A stretch of 64,000 bases of DNA from Girardia tigrina (Eukaryota): contig MQRK01203012.1 of the NCBI GenBank assembly GCA_001938485.1, positions 1-64,000 on the forward strand, in the 5' to 3' direction. The translations under genes were made by a program, and so were the position numbers. Shown one piece after another: positions 40,796 to 54,399 of the stretch. The notes below the pieces were generated by a model. It was not told the origin of the DNA. It saw only the letters and a program-made list of their open reading frames with translations, and searched no databases. Numbering within the stretch: the first letter of the stretch is position 1; the number at the start of each line of letters is the position of its first letter.

Positions 40796-43103
40796 TAATA
40801 ATGATAGAATCGATTATTATCGATTTTAATATCGTCTATTGCATGAATCGGATTTTATCCGACCGATTTTGAAAACAAAACGAAATTGATTTAAGATTTA
40901 TTTCGTTCGCAAAAAAAGGTGATTTTAAAACAAAATACATTTTGTTAAAGAATAATAATTTTTACATTTTTTTTATAATTTGATAATTGTTAATTGATTT
41001 TTGTTTACAACAGAATTTTTTTATAATGTTTTTCTTTTAAAGTATTTTTCAGGAAATTTTTTTATTTTCAAAACCGCGTGCAAATATATATATATATTTT
41101 TTATTTTGATTAAAAAAAATTTTAATTCTGCTTTAGTAAATCACTACACCGTCAATGTAAACCAGAAAGCTTTAATGAATTTTAATAAATATAAATTTTA
41201 ATTTGAAATCAGTTTTCCTATATATTTTTTTAAATAATAAGATATACAATCTAATTCTTCGTCGCAAAATGTTGAAAAATCTTTGTAAGTTAACATTCAA
41301 TTCACTTGAAAATTCTTCTTCGCAATAATCAAATAAAAAATAAAACGAAAGAAACAGGCTTAAATTATTTAAAAGCTTTATTTAGCGAAAGTTTAATTGA
41401 GGAATCCTCTTCTTGTGTAATTAATAGTGATATTTCTGTATTTTCAATGTACCTCTAAGTAGACCTCTTGTTAACATTAAATAGTTTTAATTTTGTGAAG
41501 CAGTTAAAAACCACTTTGTCAAAATTTTTCACGAGTAAATCAATATTAATTTAACTTGAATTATTTCAGTCGGAATGAAGAATACGTATACATTTTTTTA
41601 CTTTTTACTCATTCATACTTTTTTCTAACTTACTCTTCCAGTATATTTTTAAGGAACTAAGAAGACACTTCAATTATTGATTAATAATGGAAATCTTAAC
41701 TTAGAAAAATATGTCACTCGGATTATGTATATCGCGGAAGCAAAACCACTTGAAGGGTGTCATACCACTGATCATTACTCAAATTTTATGTCTTCAATTT
41801 GTTGATTAGTCAAGCTAACTTATGCTTATGTATCCTTCCTTAATCTGTTTTATTAGATGATAACAGGTCTTGACTTTTATTGCTTTAACGAACTTTCGCA
41901 GCAAAAAGTTCGTTAGAAATGCACTGATAAAAAGATTAATGGAAATTTATTCTCTCTTATCCAATTTTGAAATTCATTGTAAAGCGTTACCCCTCAAACT
42001 CATTGTCATGACACCTCAGAATGTTTTACAATTATCAAAATAACATTAAGCCAACAATATACTTATTTTAATATATAATAAGCTTATATTTATTAATTAA
42101 TTTTATTTGTTTTATTTTCCTTGCTGATTTGCAAAGTTTCTAAAATATTTTTTACATGTATTACTTAAAATTTATTGATTATTTTAATTTTATTAATTAA
42201 AAACGTATTTTGTCTTAATATAAATAAATTAGAATTGTTTTTTTTTCTTCTTAACAAGAAATTGAACTTATTAATAAATAAACAAAATAAAGAAATATAT
42301 TTTTTTACATAAATACTTTTCCTAAAAAATAGTCTTATCGATAAAAAAAGTGCTTAAATGATACAAAAGGTAAAATTACAGAATCCACATATTGTCCCGT
42401 ATAATCTGTTACTTTAATACATGATGAATTGGTTGTTCAGTGTAATTACTTGGTTCAGTTATATGTATTATTTTTTTATTATGGTGTATGTGGATGTATT
42501 TTATTTATCATGTATTTATTTACTGTATTTTGTTCTTTTTTATACAAAGTTTTTTTTTCTCCCAATCAAAAAAATATATTAATTTATCTAAATAAAGAAG
42601 AAAGAAAAAAGAAGAAACAAGAAGAAGCTAAATAGAATTCCCCCCTTCCACTATTAAATTATCTATTTCGATCATCGTATTCCAACCCTCGAAAATTCGA
42701 ATTTAACAGCCAAGTGACTGATTAATACGGACAAATATACAGAAGTTCATATTGGTTGAATTATTTACTTATTTTACATTTCCCCGAAGTACTTTGAGTA
42801 ATTTATTTTGTAAGTATATTAACCTCTTTTCGTACCCCTGTGATCCTCTGAGGTATTACATGATTTGTATTATCATTCTTTCTTTTAGTGATCGAGTTGT
42901 ATAATATTTTTCTTTATTCATATCGATTGTTCACCTTTATTCGGGTTAATTAAAATCATTTAGAATATAGTCATTCCTATATTATATTAAAAATCTAAAA
43001 TTTCTATTTTATTTAAGTTAGAGTATTGTAACAATATATATATATATATATATNNNNNNNNNNNNNNNNNNNNNNNNNNNNNNNNNNNNNNNNNNNNNNN
43101 NNN

Positions 43104-43164
<61 letters not shown>

Positions 43165-43432
43165 GTTCTGTGAACATTTGATTAACACTATTGATAAATA
43201 ACTGTGTTATCATTAGGACGTCTCACCTTCTTTGAACTTGTATGGGTGAAGAATGAAATCATTTTTGATTTTCATTCTAATTGATTATAGATTGATTCCC
43301 CGTTTTATGAGCAGTTTTGCTAATTGATAATTTTTGCGTTCACAGAGGTTTTTACTCTCCATTTTCTTGAAATATAACTAAATGATTTAATTGATTTAAA
43401 AATAAATTCTCGTATTTTTTAAGACGTTCAAA

Positions 43433-44532
43433 ATGAACAAAATTCATCTTCGACATTGCATGCTTTTCATGTATAATTTTGGAAAAAACACCACCGAAAC
43501 ATTTAATCAAATTACGCAAGCCTATGGAGCTGATACTGTTTCATATGCCACGGTCAAGAACTGGTTCAAGAAGTTCAGAAATGGTGAGTACGACCTAGAG
43601 GACAAGCAGAGAAGCGGAAGACCCAAAGAAACTGAAGATTCGGAATTGGAGGCGTTGCTTCAAGAGGATTCAACCCTGGTGACAAGAGATATGGCTAAGA
43701 TCCTCTAAATCGATCAATCAACGGTGCAACAAAGACTTACGGCAATGGGAAAAGTTTTGCAATTTGGACATTGGGTTCCGCACCAGTTATCACATGCAAA
43801 TATTGCCCAAAGACTAAATTTGTGCGTTGCAGTTCTTTGACGTCACCGCCGTAAATTGTTTTTGGGGAGAATTGTCACCGGGGACGAAAAATGGGTGTAT
43901 TTACGAAAACCTACAGCGTAAAAGATCATGGGTAGATGCGGTTCAACCTTCAACTTCAACGCCAAAACCTTATCTTCATAGCAAGAAATTGTTGCTCTGC
44001 ATATGATGGGACATGAAGAGAGTCCTCTATAATGAGTTACTTAAACCTGGAGAAACAATCACGACACAGCGCTACATTGGACATTTGTTGAAACTGAGCG
44101 AAAAAATCAAAGAATTGCGGCCGCAACATGGACATTCGATGAAAAACATTATCCTACTCCACGATAACGCTACACCACATTTTGCGAAAGCGACGAAAAA
44201 TAAAATTTTGGAACTGGGATGGGAGGTTTACCGCATCTGGCATATTCTCCGAACATTGTTAAATCCGTTTTTTTATTTGTTTCCCTCTCTACAACATACT
44301 CTGGCTGGTAAGCGATTCAAACATGAAAGTGATGTGCGAAATTGCATCGATGAATTCATAGCATCGAAACCAGAAAAAATTTTCAGCGATGGAATTAGAA
44401 AATTACCGGAAAGATGGTAAAAAGTAATTGATTGTAACGGCGAATACTTCCCCGATTATTATTTTGTAGTTTCTTTAGAAATTCTTTGATAAAAGTATTA
44501 AAAATAGGCTAAAAACTTATGCATCAACCTAA
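43433..44532 (+). mobile_element. mariner (DD34D) transposon, full coding length, stops and frameshifts
   Basis: MNKIHLRHCMLF, WVPHQL, IVTGDEKWV, LLHDNATPH, GIRKLPERW; right TIR AAAAACTTATGCATCAACCTAA+TA; left TIR not visible. Confidence 0.92.
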
Positions 44533-46449
44533 TATGAAAGTTATGAAAAAATATTCAACCTTAAAGTATCTCTAGAAATAGAATACTTTCATTAATGCAA
44601 TTTTAACACAAGTCAAACCTTCTTTTTTCCTGGTCAAAAGCTTTTCTTTTAGCTCTTAAATTTTCAAAATTTTAATTAACTGAACATATTTTGTGAAAAT
44701 CTTTCAAAATGACTACAAATAGTAGCTGATCTAAATCAGCTGATATTAGCAAACATTAGGGTAAAATAGGGTTACCTAACTTTATCTTAAAACCAATTTG
44801 ACCCGAAAATACAAATAAACAGATTGCGGCTGGACTATGGGCAAAATAACTTGAACTAAATATTTTCAATATTAATTTTAGTCACCAAAATAAACAAAAT
44901 TTGTTTCATAACTTATGTAAAATCTTTTTAAAATGTTAATCTAATTCTTCTAACTATTCATTTAACATACATATTTCCTTTGACAAAGAGTACAACGGTC
45001 TGAAGAATTTGAAATATATTCATCATTAATATCGCTTTCTTTAGTAATCGCAAAAATAATTTGATAATTTTGATATTTAATATGAGATATTATTATACAT
45101 TTCTCAGAATAAAAATACATCATAAAATGTCTCAATCTACAAAGAATTCGTTCGGTATCTTAAAACAATTGTCATTATGTTATTCTCAATTTACGAGATT
45201 AAATTAGAATTATAATTACATTATTATTTCAAAATTATTACTATAAGGAAACAAAATTTTATATTTATAATTTCAAATTCAAGAATTATAAATAAATAAC
45301 TTTATTCCTGCATTAAAACTATATTGATGTAGTAGTTGTTCAAATAACCTTCCCAATAACCTTTTTTATAAGAATAGAAAAAAACTTTGTTTTTCTTCTA
45401 TATGAATAAACTTTGAAATTTTAAAAATAGAATATTAAAATACGTTTTTCAGTCTCAAAAATTTAAATTAACCCATTTGGCTTCACAAGCCCCATTTCGG
45501 AATTTCTAGTTTTTTATTAGTTTTTTTTCATTGTGTTCCCACGATCCCCGAATGAGTATTGGAAAAAATGCTTTTTGTTAATTTTTTGATTCTATTGTCT
45601 AAAAAACATACTTTTAATTGTTTTTAGTACAAATGCATAAGGTCGACAAATATAACAAACTGGAAATGAAGGAGGTTAACAATAAAAGTTTTTTTGATTA
45701 TAATAACTCAGATACACGTCTTTGTTATCATCAATATTCAAAAAACACAAAGTCATCGGTTATTCAAATGTCGTGCTCCCCTTCAAAACAACATTATTGT
45801 TGGCTTTGAGCCCCCATCCGTTTTCTTGGAGTTCAACGGCAACTCTAACTCTCACTACTTCTCTACATAGACATTCACTACACTTGGGGAGTAGACGCAC
45901 TTCCTTTGCTTACATCAACAAGTTGTGTAAACATTAGAGCGCCTTCTGGTTCTTAACCAGTAACGAGGATGTCCAGACTGGTGGCTGAGCTTCTGGAGGG
46001 GTCGATCGTTTGATTTTACAGTTATTCCAATTCATCTTCATTTAATTGTACTGGACAATGATACATTCGAGAAACAAGTGTCGGTCAGCCCACGTGCCCC
46101 TATGCATTCTATGGGATGTCTGCACCGTCCCTTTAAGATCATTGCTCAGGTAAAATTCGATTAATGAATATTTTCAATTGTACACATGATATTTTAGCTC
46201 AATTATATTTTAGTGATGTAAGTTCATAGTTTAACTGATGTTCATACTAGTTAAAGATTACTTCAGCGAGACAAGGGGAAACAATAAAAAAGATTTTTAA
46301 GCACTTTTTTGAGAATTTCAGAAATTTTCGATAAAACCAATTTATCAGCCCTTTTTTGAAAATGTCGACATGGAATCTGAATGTAAGTATATGGGTTAAT
46401 ATTCAAGTGTATCAGCACTTTTTTTATATTCTGCTTCCTTGTACCTCTA

Positions 46450-46984
46450 AAATCGATGTGCATTTTGTGTAAATTTGCACATTATGCTAATTATAGGAAA
46501 ACTTAATCAATATATGAAATTTCTAATTGTACATTCAGATAGAGAATCAAATTGTGCATCAAACACATGATATCGATTTTTGACTCTAGCACTTTTAAAA
46601 AATTTTATATTGATTTTTGCACTTTTGCACATGTGCAACTTAAAAAGCACTGTGCTAGCACATTAGAAATGTGCGGCACAATGTGCACTATCGATTAGCA
46701 CATCTAAGCACTGTGCAGTGATCGATTAGCACTTTTTTACGGTTGCTAAGGAAATGATCTCGGTTGCTATGGACACAGTAACCGTTACCATGGTTACAAC
46801 CGCCTTGAATCACTGTATCCGTAGCTAATGAAAAACGTCCTTGGTTACCGTTGTTATGGTAACGGTAACCGTCGCTAAGGAACCGGGAACCAATGAGAAG
46901 CGTTTCTAGGGTTTTCGGAATCGTTGCTATGGTAACGGGCTATCCCCCCCGGGGAGGTCAAGTGACATACATTTTCCCCCTACT
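46450..46984. mobile_element. Probable Polinton/Maverick TIR fragment (GTGC/GCAC repeat zone + X-box array)
   Basis: Ends CATTTTCCCCCTACT like position 117; about eight GTTGCTATGGTAAC-like motifs in 46742-46936. The left boundary is approximate. Confidence 0.55.
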
Positions 46985-47339
46985 AGAGTCTCTGCCTGCT
47001 CTGTCAACATGCCGTCGAACAATGTCTTTAATGTTATTCACATACATTGAGTCAATCAGCACATATCTGCAAACCAGCATCCCGCTTCTTCTGTAGAATT
47101 TCCATTAAAAGGCCTCAGTTTCTTGTTGATCACATCGGTTGATGCTTTCAGAAGTTCCAATTTCGATACTGATTTGATGATTTTCACTCCGTTTCGTGGA
47201 AGTTCTTCTTGTTTGGCGTGGTCACCAGTTAAAATATTCGACTCTATTAAGACAATTCAAAATTCATTTATATAAATAAACTTGAAAAAAGATGGCAATT
47301 TTTTATTATAAACAAATAAACGCCATTTAAAAATATATT

Positions 47340-48001
47340 TTAGGATAATATATTTCGACGGTTTAACCTTCATCATCAGATCACGGATTATGTTCTTTTT
47401 TATTGCTTTTGTATAAGAAATGAATGATTATGTAATCACTTATGTAAGTCTAATCGAAAACTCTTAACAAATTACTTTGAGAGTGCTGTTTGAACATTGA
47501 TTTTTGTATCACATGATCTCATCAACAATGCTTCACATGACACTCTCTCCCAATAATTTTTAAATGCTTGCACAAAATTTTAAAATCATTTATGCTCATA
47601 TTACATTTACACGTTTTTTTATGCTCAGCAATTTTACTCTTTCCCCCTTTTTGACTGTATTCTTGGACTCGTTTGCAGAGATGACGGACAGTCTCTCCGA
47701 TAAATGTGGCATTGCACCCATTACATGTGTATTGATAAACAATGTCCGAACACAATCCTAAAGGAGTATGTGATTTATTGCAAAACATATTCTCAACTTT
47801 AAATGATTGAGAAATAATTTTTAAATTTAAAATGCTATTTGTTGATTTCAAGATCGAATTATTGAGGTGTTTAAAACCCTTGGAGTAAGGTAAGCTTAGA
47901 GTATACTCAGGTGTAAAGCAGTTTTCAATGTTTAAACTATTAATTTTATTTTCAACAATATCCTTGTTGTCTGCAATCGCTACTTGAGATATTCCAGCCA
48001 T
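47340..48001 (-). mobile_element. Penelope-like element 3' part (GIY-YIG) with hammerhead at 47344-47384
   Basis: SDIVYQYTCNGCNATFIGETVRHLCKRVQEY..IAEHKKTC; reverse complement gat-CTGATGA-t-GAAGG ttaaa CCGTC-GAAA-TATA-T-T-atc. Confidence 0.9.
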
Positions 48002-48834
48002 CGTTTGTTTACTTCACTTTGTGAATTTTAGTTTAACATACAAACGATGGAGCTAGGGGGGAGATTGAGTGGATGTATGTTTTAGAAACCAACATCCATT
48101 CATTATTGGTGTTGATATTTAAACAGATTCCAAGTTCGTCCGTGATGTATCTTGCTCCCAACCAAATAGAATCGATATATTTAATTTAATTGCAAATCTA
48201 TATTCACCATGATTTGTATTCATTCTCTTTGTTGCCTTGATTTAAGCCCTATGGGTAATCCGTGAGTGTCCAGCCTCTTTCTGTTTTGTTTTACTTATCT
48301 AAAGGTTTTGCTAAATTAAATAGTGTTAAGTCCTGAGATGTCGAGTCCGAATAAGTGAGATTTAAAATGCTTGCACTATCGATTGCATTGGATATTCGTC
48401 TCTGACTGACACAAGTATAAGTCCTACAGGATCCTTATCTGCATATAAGTATTCGTTGGAGGAGTTCGGGATTGAGTCAAATATTTGTTTCAATAGTCAC
48501 CGGAGTTCTAAGTCCAGGTTGCTCTTAAAAATTGAATTTTTCTTTGCGTAATGCCCGTAGTTTGTAAGTTCCTGAGGAGTAAAACATTTATTTTTATAAA
48601 AAAAGATAGCAAACTACTTTTTGCAAAACGTCGAAGCATCTACATTCACACGCCTTTAAACAATTTACACCAATATAACGATATCTTAATAAAAAATGGA
48701 ATTAATATTCTTTGACAGTTTTATAAATTTAAACTGTATTAATTCGCAAAACAAAATAATTTCTAAATAGTTTGACTTGGTAGATGAAATTCTAAAGAAT
48801 AATTACTGGACAGGAAGCCGTGTCTCCTTGTTAC

Positions 48835-49015
48835 TTATGAAAGAGAAGAATTTTTTTTCAATTTATCATTTAAAGCACTCAGAGATTCTCTTCGTTGAAT
48901 TACATCGTCAATGCCCTTCACCATAATTCTTTGAATATCATTCAAATCAGAATTAATTTGATTAAAAGTTACTGGTGTTCGGGTGACTGTATATTTTTTT
49001 CGTGAATTTTGAATG
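48835..49015 (-). pseudogene. Sec22 (R-SNARE) fragment
   Basis: IQNSRKKY..NQINSDLNDIQRIMVKGIDDVIQRRESLSALNDK..NSSLS* resembles Sec22b [40 protein letters not shown]. Confidence 0.75.
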
Positions 49016-52000
49016 TCTTTATGACCTCTTGTCACGGCGATCACAATCGGAGTGTTTCCGATTAGGCCAGGAGCATCAATGGAACAACAATCAGCTCGCT
49101 TACTGTAATCGATTTCAATGTAATGTAAGTGTGTTCAATGTAATGGTTTTTATTTTGACTAATAAAGTTGATTCTAATGAAAGTTATGTTCATTTAAAGT
49201 TGACGGTTTAAAAACTACACCTCTTTTGCATCAACCTAATAACTCACTTTGAGTTTTAGTTTTATAGTGAAATAACCTTTAAAACTAAAGCGGGAAAATA
49301 AAATAAGTTTGCTCTATCATTAACGTTCTGCACAGTGGCTAATCAAAATTCTTACATTACTTTATTTATTTATGATATAGTTTAGGATACACCGTGGATA
49401 AGAAAATATATCGTGTAAAATAACATTCATTTTCTACTACTTTTGTGTAATATTTTTTCTATGAACTCTAGTTTTCGAAATATTTAGCCGTCCCCATACT
49501 TTTAGATCACTTTGTATAAAAAAGGTTACTTTTAAACAGCATTTAATGAAAACTTTCTAAAAAAATTAAATAAATCATAGCAGTTCAATTTCAAAAAACT
49601 ACATTTTTTGGCCATAACGTTTTTTCTACCCTGTATATTTCTACCAAAAATGTTGAATTTTGAATGTCTTTATGACCTCTTGTCACGTCCTTGTTATATT
49701 CTGACTACATACCAGATTTTATTGTAATATGATAAATTCTATGATAATTGACCAACAGACAGAAAGACAGACTGACAATTTTTAACAATAAGAGTTTTAA
49801 ATTGTGCAGTCCTCAAAAGGTGAAATTTTTGAAAATTGAGAAGGTTGAAAATTTTAAGAATACTCTAGTGCCCTATTTATTATTCCTCTTACACCAAGGG
49901 CATTCGTCACGCCGGAAATCAGAATATTATTATTTGCTGAGGGTGAGTGAGATCGTGAATGATTCTTTTGTTGTTGACTTTTATTACTGATTATGCTTCG
50001 CATTTGTGTAGTTGTATTGTTCAACAATTGCATTTGTCACACGTGCGATATCTCGAATTTTTACTTCAAATTATTCAAACTATATTATTTGCAAAGAAAA
50101 TAGAAAGTGTTGCATCAATTTATAAAACATTTATTACTGATGAATGTTAATTGCCGGATTGGATTACCGAATTCGAGTTAATAAATATTTGTTGGAATAT
50201 TTTCTATTATCCGAAATGCAAATAATAAAAATGAAATATCGATTAGCAAAAATCAATACAAAGAAATTGTTAGACGACGATATTAAAGTTAATAACTGAA
50301 TTTGACGAAGTTTTTGGTATGATGCTTATGAAATATATAATATGGAACATATATTTTGCGGTTTGTTAAATAAATTTGTTGAATAACGAAGTTTTTTTAT
50401 TTTTTTGTCTATTATTTTTCTGTGTTATCAGATCATTAGGTTCATCAAACACTGTTTTATTTGATTAACCTAGTTTTTTTCATCGTTAATCATTTTTGTT
50501 TATAGTAAAGATAACGGACACATTACCTATAGGTTAATTCGTCGAATCCGTTATTTTTATAAATACAATACTTTAGCGAGGAAATTAAAAAACAGCAGTC
50601 TTTTTAGCGCGAATATCAAACGAACAATTTTGTGCACTATTCGTAAAACAGCGACATACAATTTGCATAAAAGAAAGGCAGACTCCTGACATAAGAGAAA
50701 GAGAGAGCGCCATGGTAACTAGTAGGAATGTGCTATCAAATCGGTATAAATCAGAAATAACATAAAAATATTTACTATAAAATTGTTGGGTATTATGATC
50801 TTTTAATTCAAATATTTACTTTTTAAAAACACAAATCTTTAATCTTTAAATCTTTCAACTTTAATATGACTCTACTTAATCAGTAGGTTCTTCCAACATA
50901 AATATATAAATGAATGAATTAAAATTCTTTTTAGAAACTTTATTTACAATAACAAAAAATAACACAAAGCTTTATATTTTTCAAATCAATAATACCAATA
51001 AACGTATTCAAAAACGGTTAAACAATGCGAGTTTGTCAGATCACAGTTTATTAACGTCGAAACTATAAATCTTCTAAAATGAACGATAACCATTAATCCA
51101 AAATCAAAATAAACGTTTTTCTCCTATACAGGATACTTAGTTCTTAGATTGACTTTTGATAAAAATAAAAAGAAAAGATTTATTAAACAACAATAAGCTT
51201 TACTTCATTCCAAGCTAAACGCTTTACTATGAATTCTTCTTTATTTTTCTTTAACAGTAGTAATTTCTGTATGAATATGACTGAATTAATTATTGTTTAT
51301 ATACTAGTTTTAAAACACCTTGAAAATTAGTTTGTTAAAACAATTCTAAAAATATTTACAAATATTCTACAAATGTTATTAAAATAACTATTATGTGAAT
51401 CGAAAATTATTGGTTTTTACAAGAGAATGATTTTTAATTTCTTTTACAAGAATTTTTAGTTAAAATTTTAATTTATATTTTTCGTAACCCCAACAAAATT
51501 CATAGATTAACTTTATATTTAAGTGAGATGTTGTAGCCCCCAATATATAAATAAGCATAGAACAATGTAACGGAATTGTGAGCTTTTACTTGAAATCTTG
51601 GTGTATTTTCTTATAATGTCTCTAAAAAAAATAAGTTCCATAAAATATGACCTTATAGGTCATTAGATTATTGAACTCTTGAGAAAGTTATAATTAAACA
51701 ACGAAACGTTGGGGACCAATAAAATTTTAGTTTTCTTTGCTAGAGCCCTCAATTCTGCTACAATGTTCTATGTTTAAAATTAAGATTCAAAGAGTGTAAT
51801 TTGAATACAAAAAACAAGAATTTTAATTTAAAAAAGACGGATTTGAATGCAGAACCCAGTATTAGATAAACATACAACAAAAAGTGTTTATAAATCATCA
51901 AAATCTCTGTTAAACAAATGATCAAATGGGTTCCACCGAGCTTAAGCTTTTTGTTTCAGTGCGTATAACTTAGGTAGGTTTAGAGACAAGGGCAGATCCA

Positions 52001-52256
52001 GGGGGGTAAAGTACGCCCTTGGTCAGACTCGAATTCCGTATCAAAGATATCATATAACTGTTTGTTTGCAAAGTATTTATCAGTATTCACTGTCTCTTGA
52101 ATATTACTCGGAGCAGTATGATGAATTGTTAATAATGTTCAATGAAATAACCAAAGATAATCTTGCAAGCGTCGAAACCGTCCATCCGAACGCTCTGAGC
52201 GATGAAAGCAAAATCGACGAGAAGGGATTTGTAATCAATGTAATAAATTCTTCAAA

Positions 52257-53880
52257 TCAAGTAACAGCATCGAAGTAACAGCAGCGCAAAGAGGGACCTA
52301 TGGCGTGCAGGTTGTAATCGACTGTGTGTTGGAGGTGTGCGTACAGACTGAGACCATGGTGTTGCAAGCGATCACCGAAAGAATCAAAGTATGTGATATC
52401 TTTTTGTGTCTCTCTCCTCCGTCCCAGCATCTCTGATTTCCGAACACCAATTGCTTCAACAGACAGATCTCCAGTCTGACCGTGTAATCCCAGCACCTCA
52501 GCAACCGCTTCACTTATATATGTTCACGAACTTGCGTCATCCAAAAGAGCGTTAATTGTTAATACCTTCCAATTTTCCTATAAGAGCACTGGTATCTTCC
52601 TCAATGCCCCGTAACTATTATTCATCTCAAAATTGACACACCGGTCACCAGAGTATTTTCTCTCAGAGTTAGTGGCTTATCTTTATTTTCCAACTTCTCT
52701 TTGATGTCGTAATGAAGCAACCAGTGGTGTCTTTTATCGCACTTGTTACACTTATTGAATGCTCAACAGTCTTTCATTTGGTTGTTCTTTTGCAGAAAAT
52801 TGAAACACAATTTTTCCTTTTTAACTTAGTCAACTCTATCTTCTACTGTCAACTTGCAGAACTGTCCACATTCTTCGAACCTATGATTCGTTTGACACAG
52901 AGTGCATATGTCTACGTAACTAGACTTATTCTGTCGTCTGTTTTCTGACCTTGTACCGTCAGGGGATTTCAGTACTCGATTCATATTTTTATACTCGGTA
53001 CTAAACCCATACGGTTCAGCTTGAGTGACGAACGTCCGTTTACTTTCTCCTTTGAATGATTTACTGACTCCGAACAATGTTTCTTGACTGTTTCTCCTCA
53101 GCATGTTCTCTTTAGAAATCCACTCGTGTAGTTTTTTTTTCACTTTTGGTTCTTCAGTGTGAGTACTATTCCATCTCTTATATTCCAATAACATATCAGA
53201 TGGAAACTTTTTTTAGAAGACATTGTAGTACCATACCATCACGTAATTCTGACTCTTTCCCCATTTCTCTGAATCGTACGATGATATTTTCAGTTATTTC
53301 TGTGAATTTTTCCATATCTTAAATCTCTCCGGATCTAATAGGCCGAAGTCTCTCCATATCCTCCAAAATCGATAGATACAGACATTCTTTTCCACCGTAT
53401 CTTGACTCTAGACTTTGCAAGGCTAATTCATAAGCCTGTTAACCATAACCGAGATTTTATATCAATCGGAGAGCTGACCCACTCAGGTAATTGCGGAGAT
53501 AAAGCAATTTTTCTTCGTTGGAAGGTTCCACCTATATCATATAATGCCTGAAAGCAGCTCTCCATCTTTCGTACTCCTTTGCATTTCCGTTGAACGTAGT
53601 AATAGTCAACTTTCTAAAATTATTTAGATTTTTTCTATCTTCGCTCTGAAATTAAGATTAAGATTATTTTTCGTCGAACTTGTTTCTCCGATCAGAATTA
53701 AGCTCTCCAACTCTTCGTATTTCTTCTCAATGACATTTAGATCTTCCTCAATTTCAGCAATTTTTCTTCTAATTTTTCCAGCACTTTGAAATACGTCATA
53801 CTGAAGACGGGCTTCTTTTCTTTCTTTATTCGATTCCGCTGCACACACATTGTTCCTCAATCGGGTGAGAAGTCATTTTT
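52257..53880 (-). mobile_element. BEL/Pao LTR retrotransposon remnant (gag, zinc knuckles, integrase tail)
   Basis: FNGNAKEYERWRAAF, KLLYLRNYLSGSAL, LESRYGG, CTLCQTNH..C, LCFNFL, CNKCDKRHHWLLH. Confidence 0.85.
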
Positions 53881-54399
53881 CATATAGTTTTTTCCGGAGT
53901 CCATCCGAGAACTCTTTTGCCTCTTTTATTATTTAAAATTGCCACAAAGACATCAGCAAAGTTCAATAGTTTAAAAAATCAAATAAAAAGATGATATTGT
54001 TTTACCGTTTTTCATTTATACTCCCAAAAGTCATATAATAAGTAAGAACTATTCATATTCCTTGAAGATTTATCATAAATTTATGAACTAAATTTAAAGA
54101 ATAATTTGATTATTACATTATTACAATCTTGCCATCAACATAAACAGTTAATTTAAACAAACCTTTATTAATAATTCATATTTTATTAATATTTCCATAA
54201 CTATTCCACTTCTTTTATAAATGCATCTTGTAATTATTGGACGATCCTGTATGTCTCAAGATATGATTAGAGATATTTAGAAGGAAACTTTGTTAACAAG
54301 TTGCTTTTTCCTTGAAAAAAACCAAAACATTTCTGTTTTGATAAGTCGTTTGATTTTCATATTTAATTCTAGTCATTTATTGTTAACATTTCATATTTT

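Noticed and set aside
46742-46936. CRISPR-like regularly spaced repeats
   Set aside because: Repeats are 14 bp and degenerate, spacers are mostly ~7-17 bp, the context is eukaryotic and there are no cas genes.
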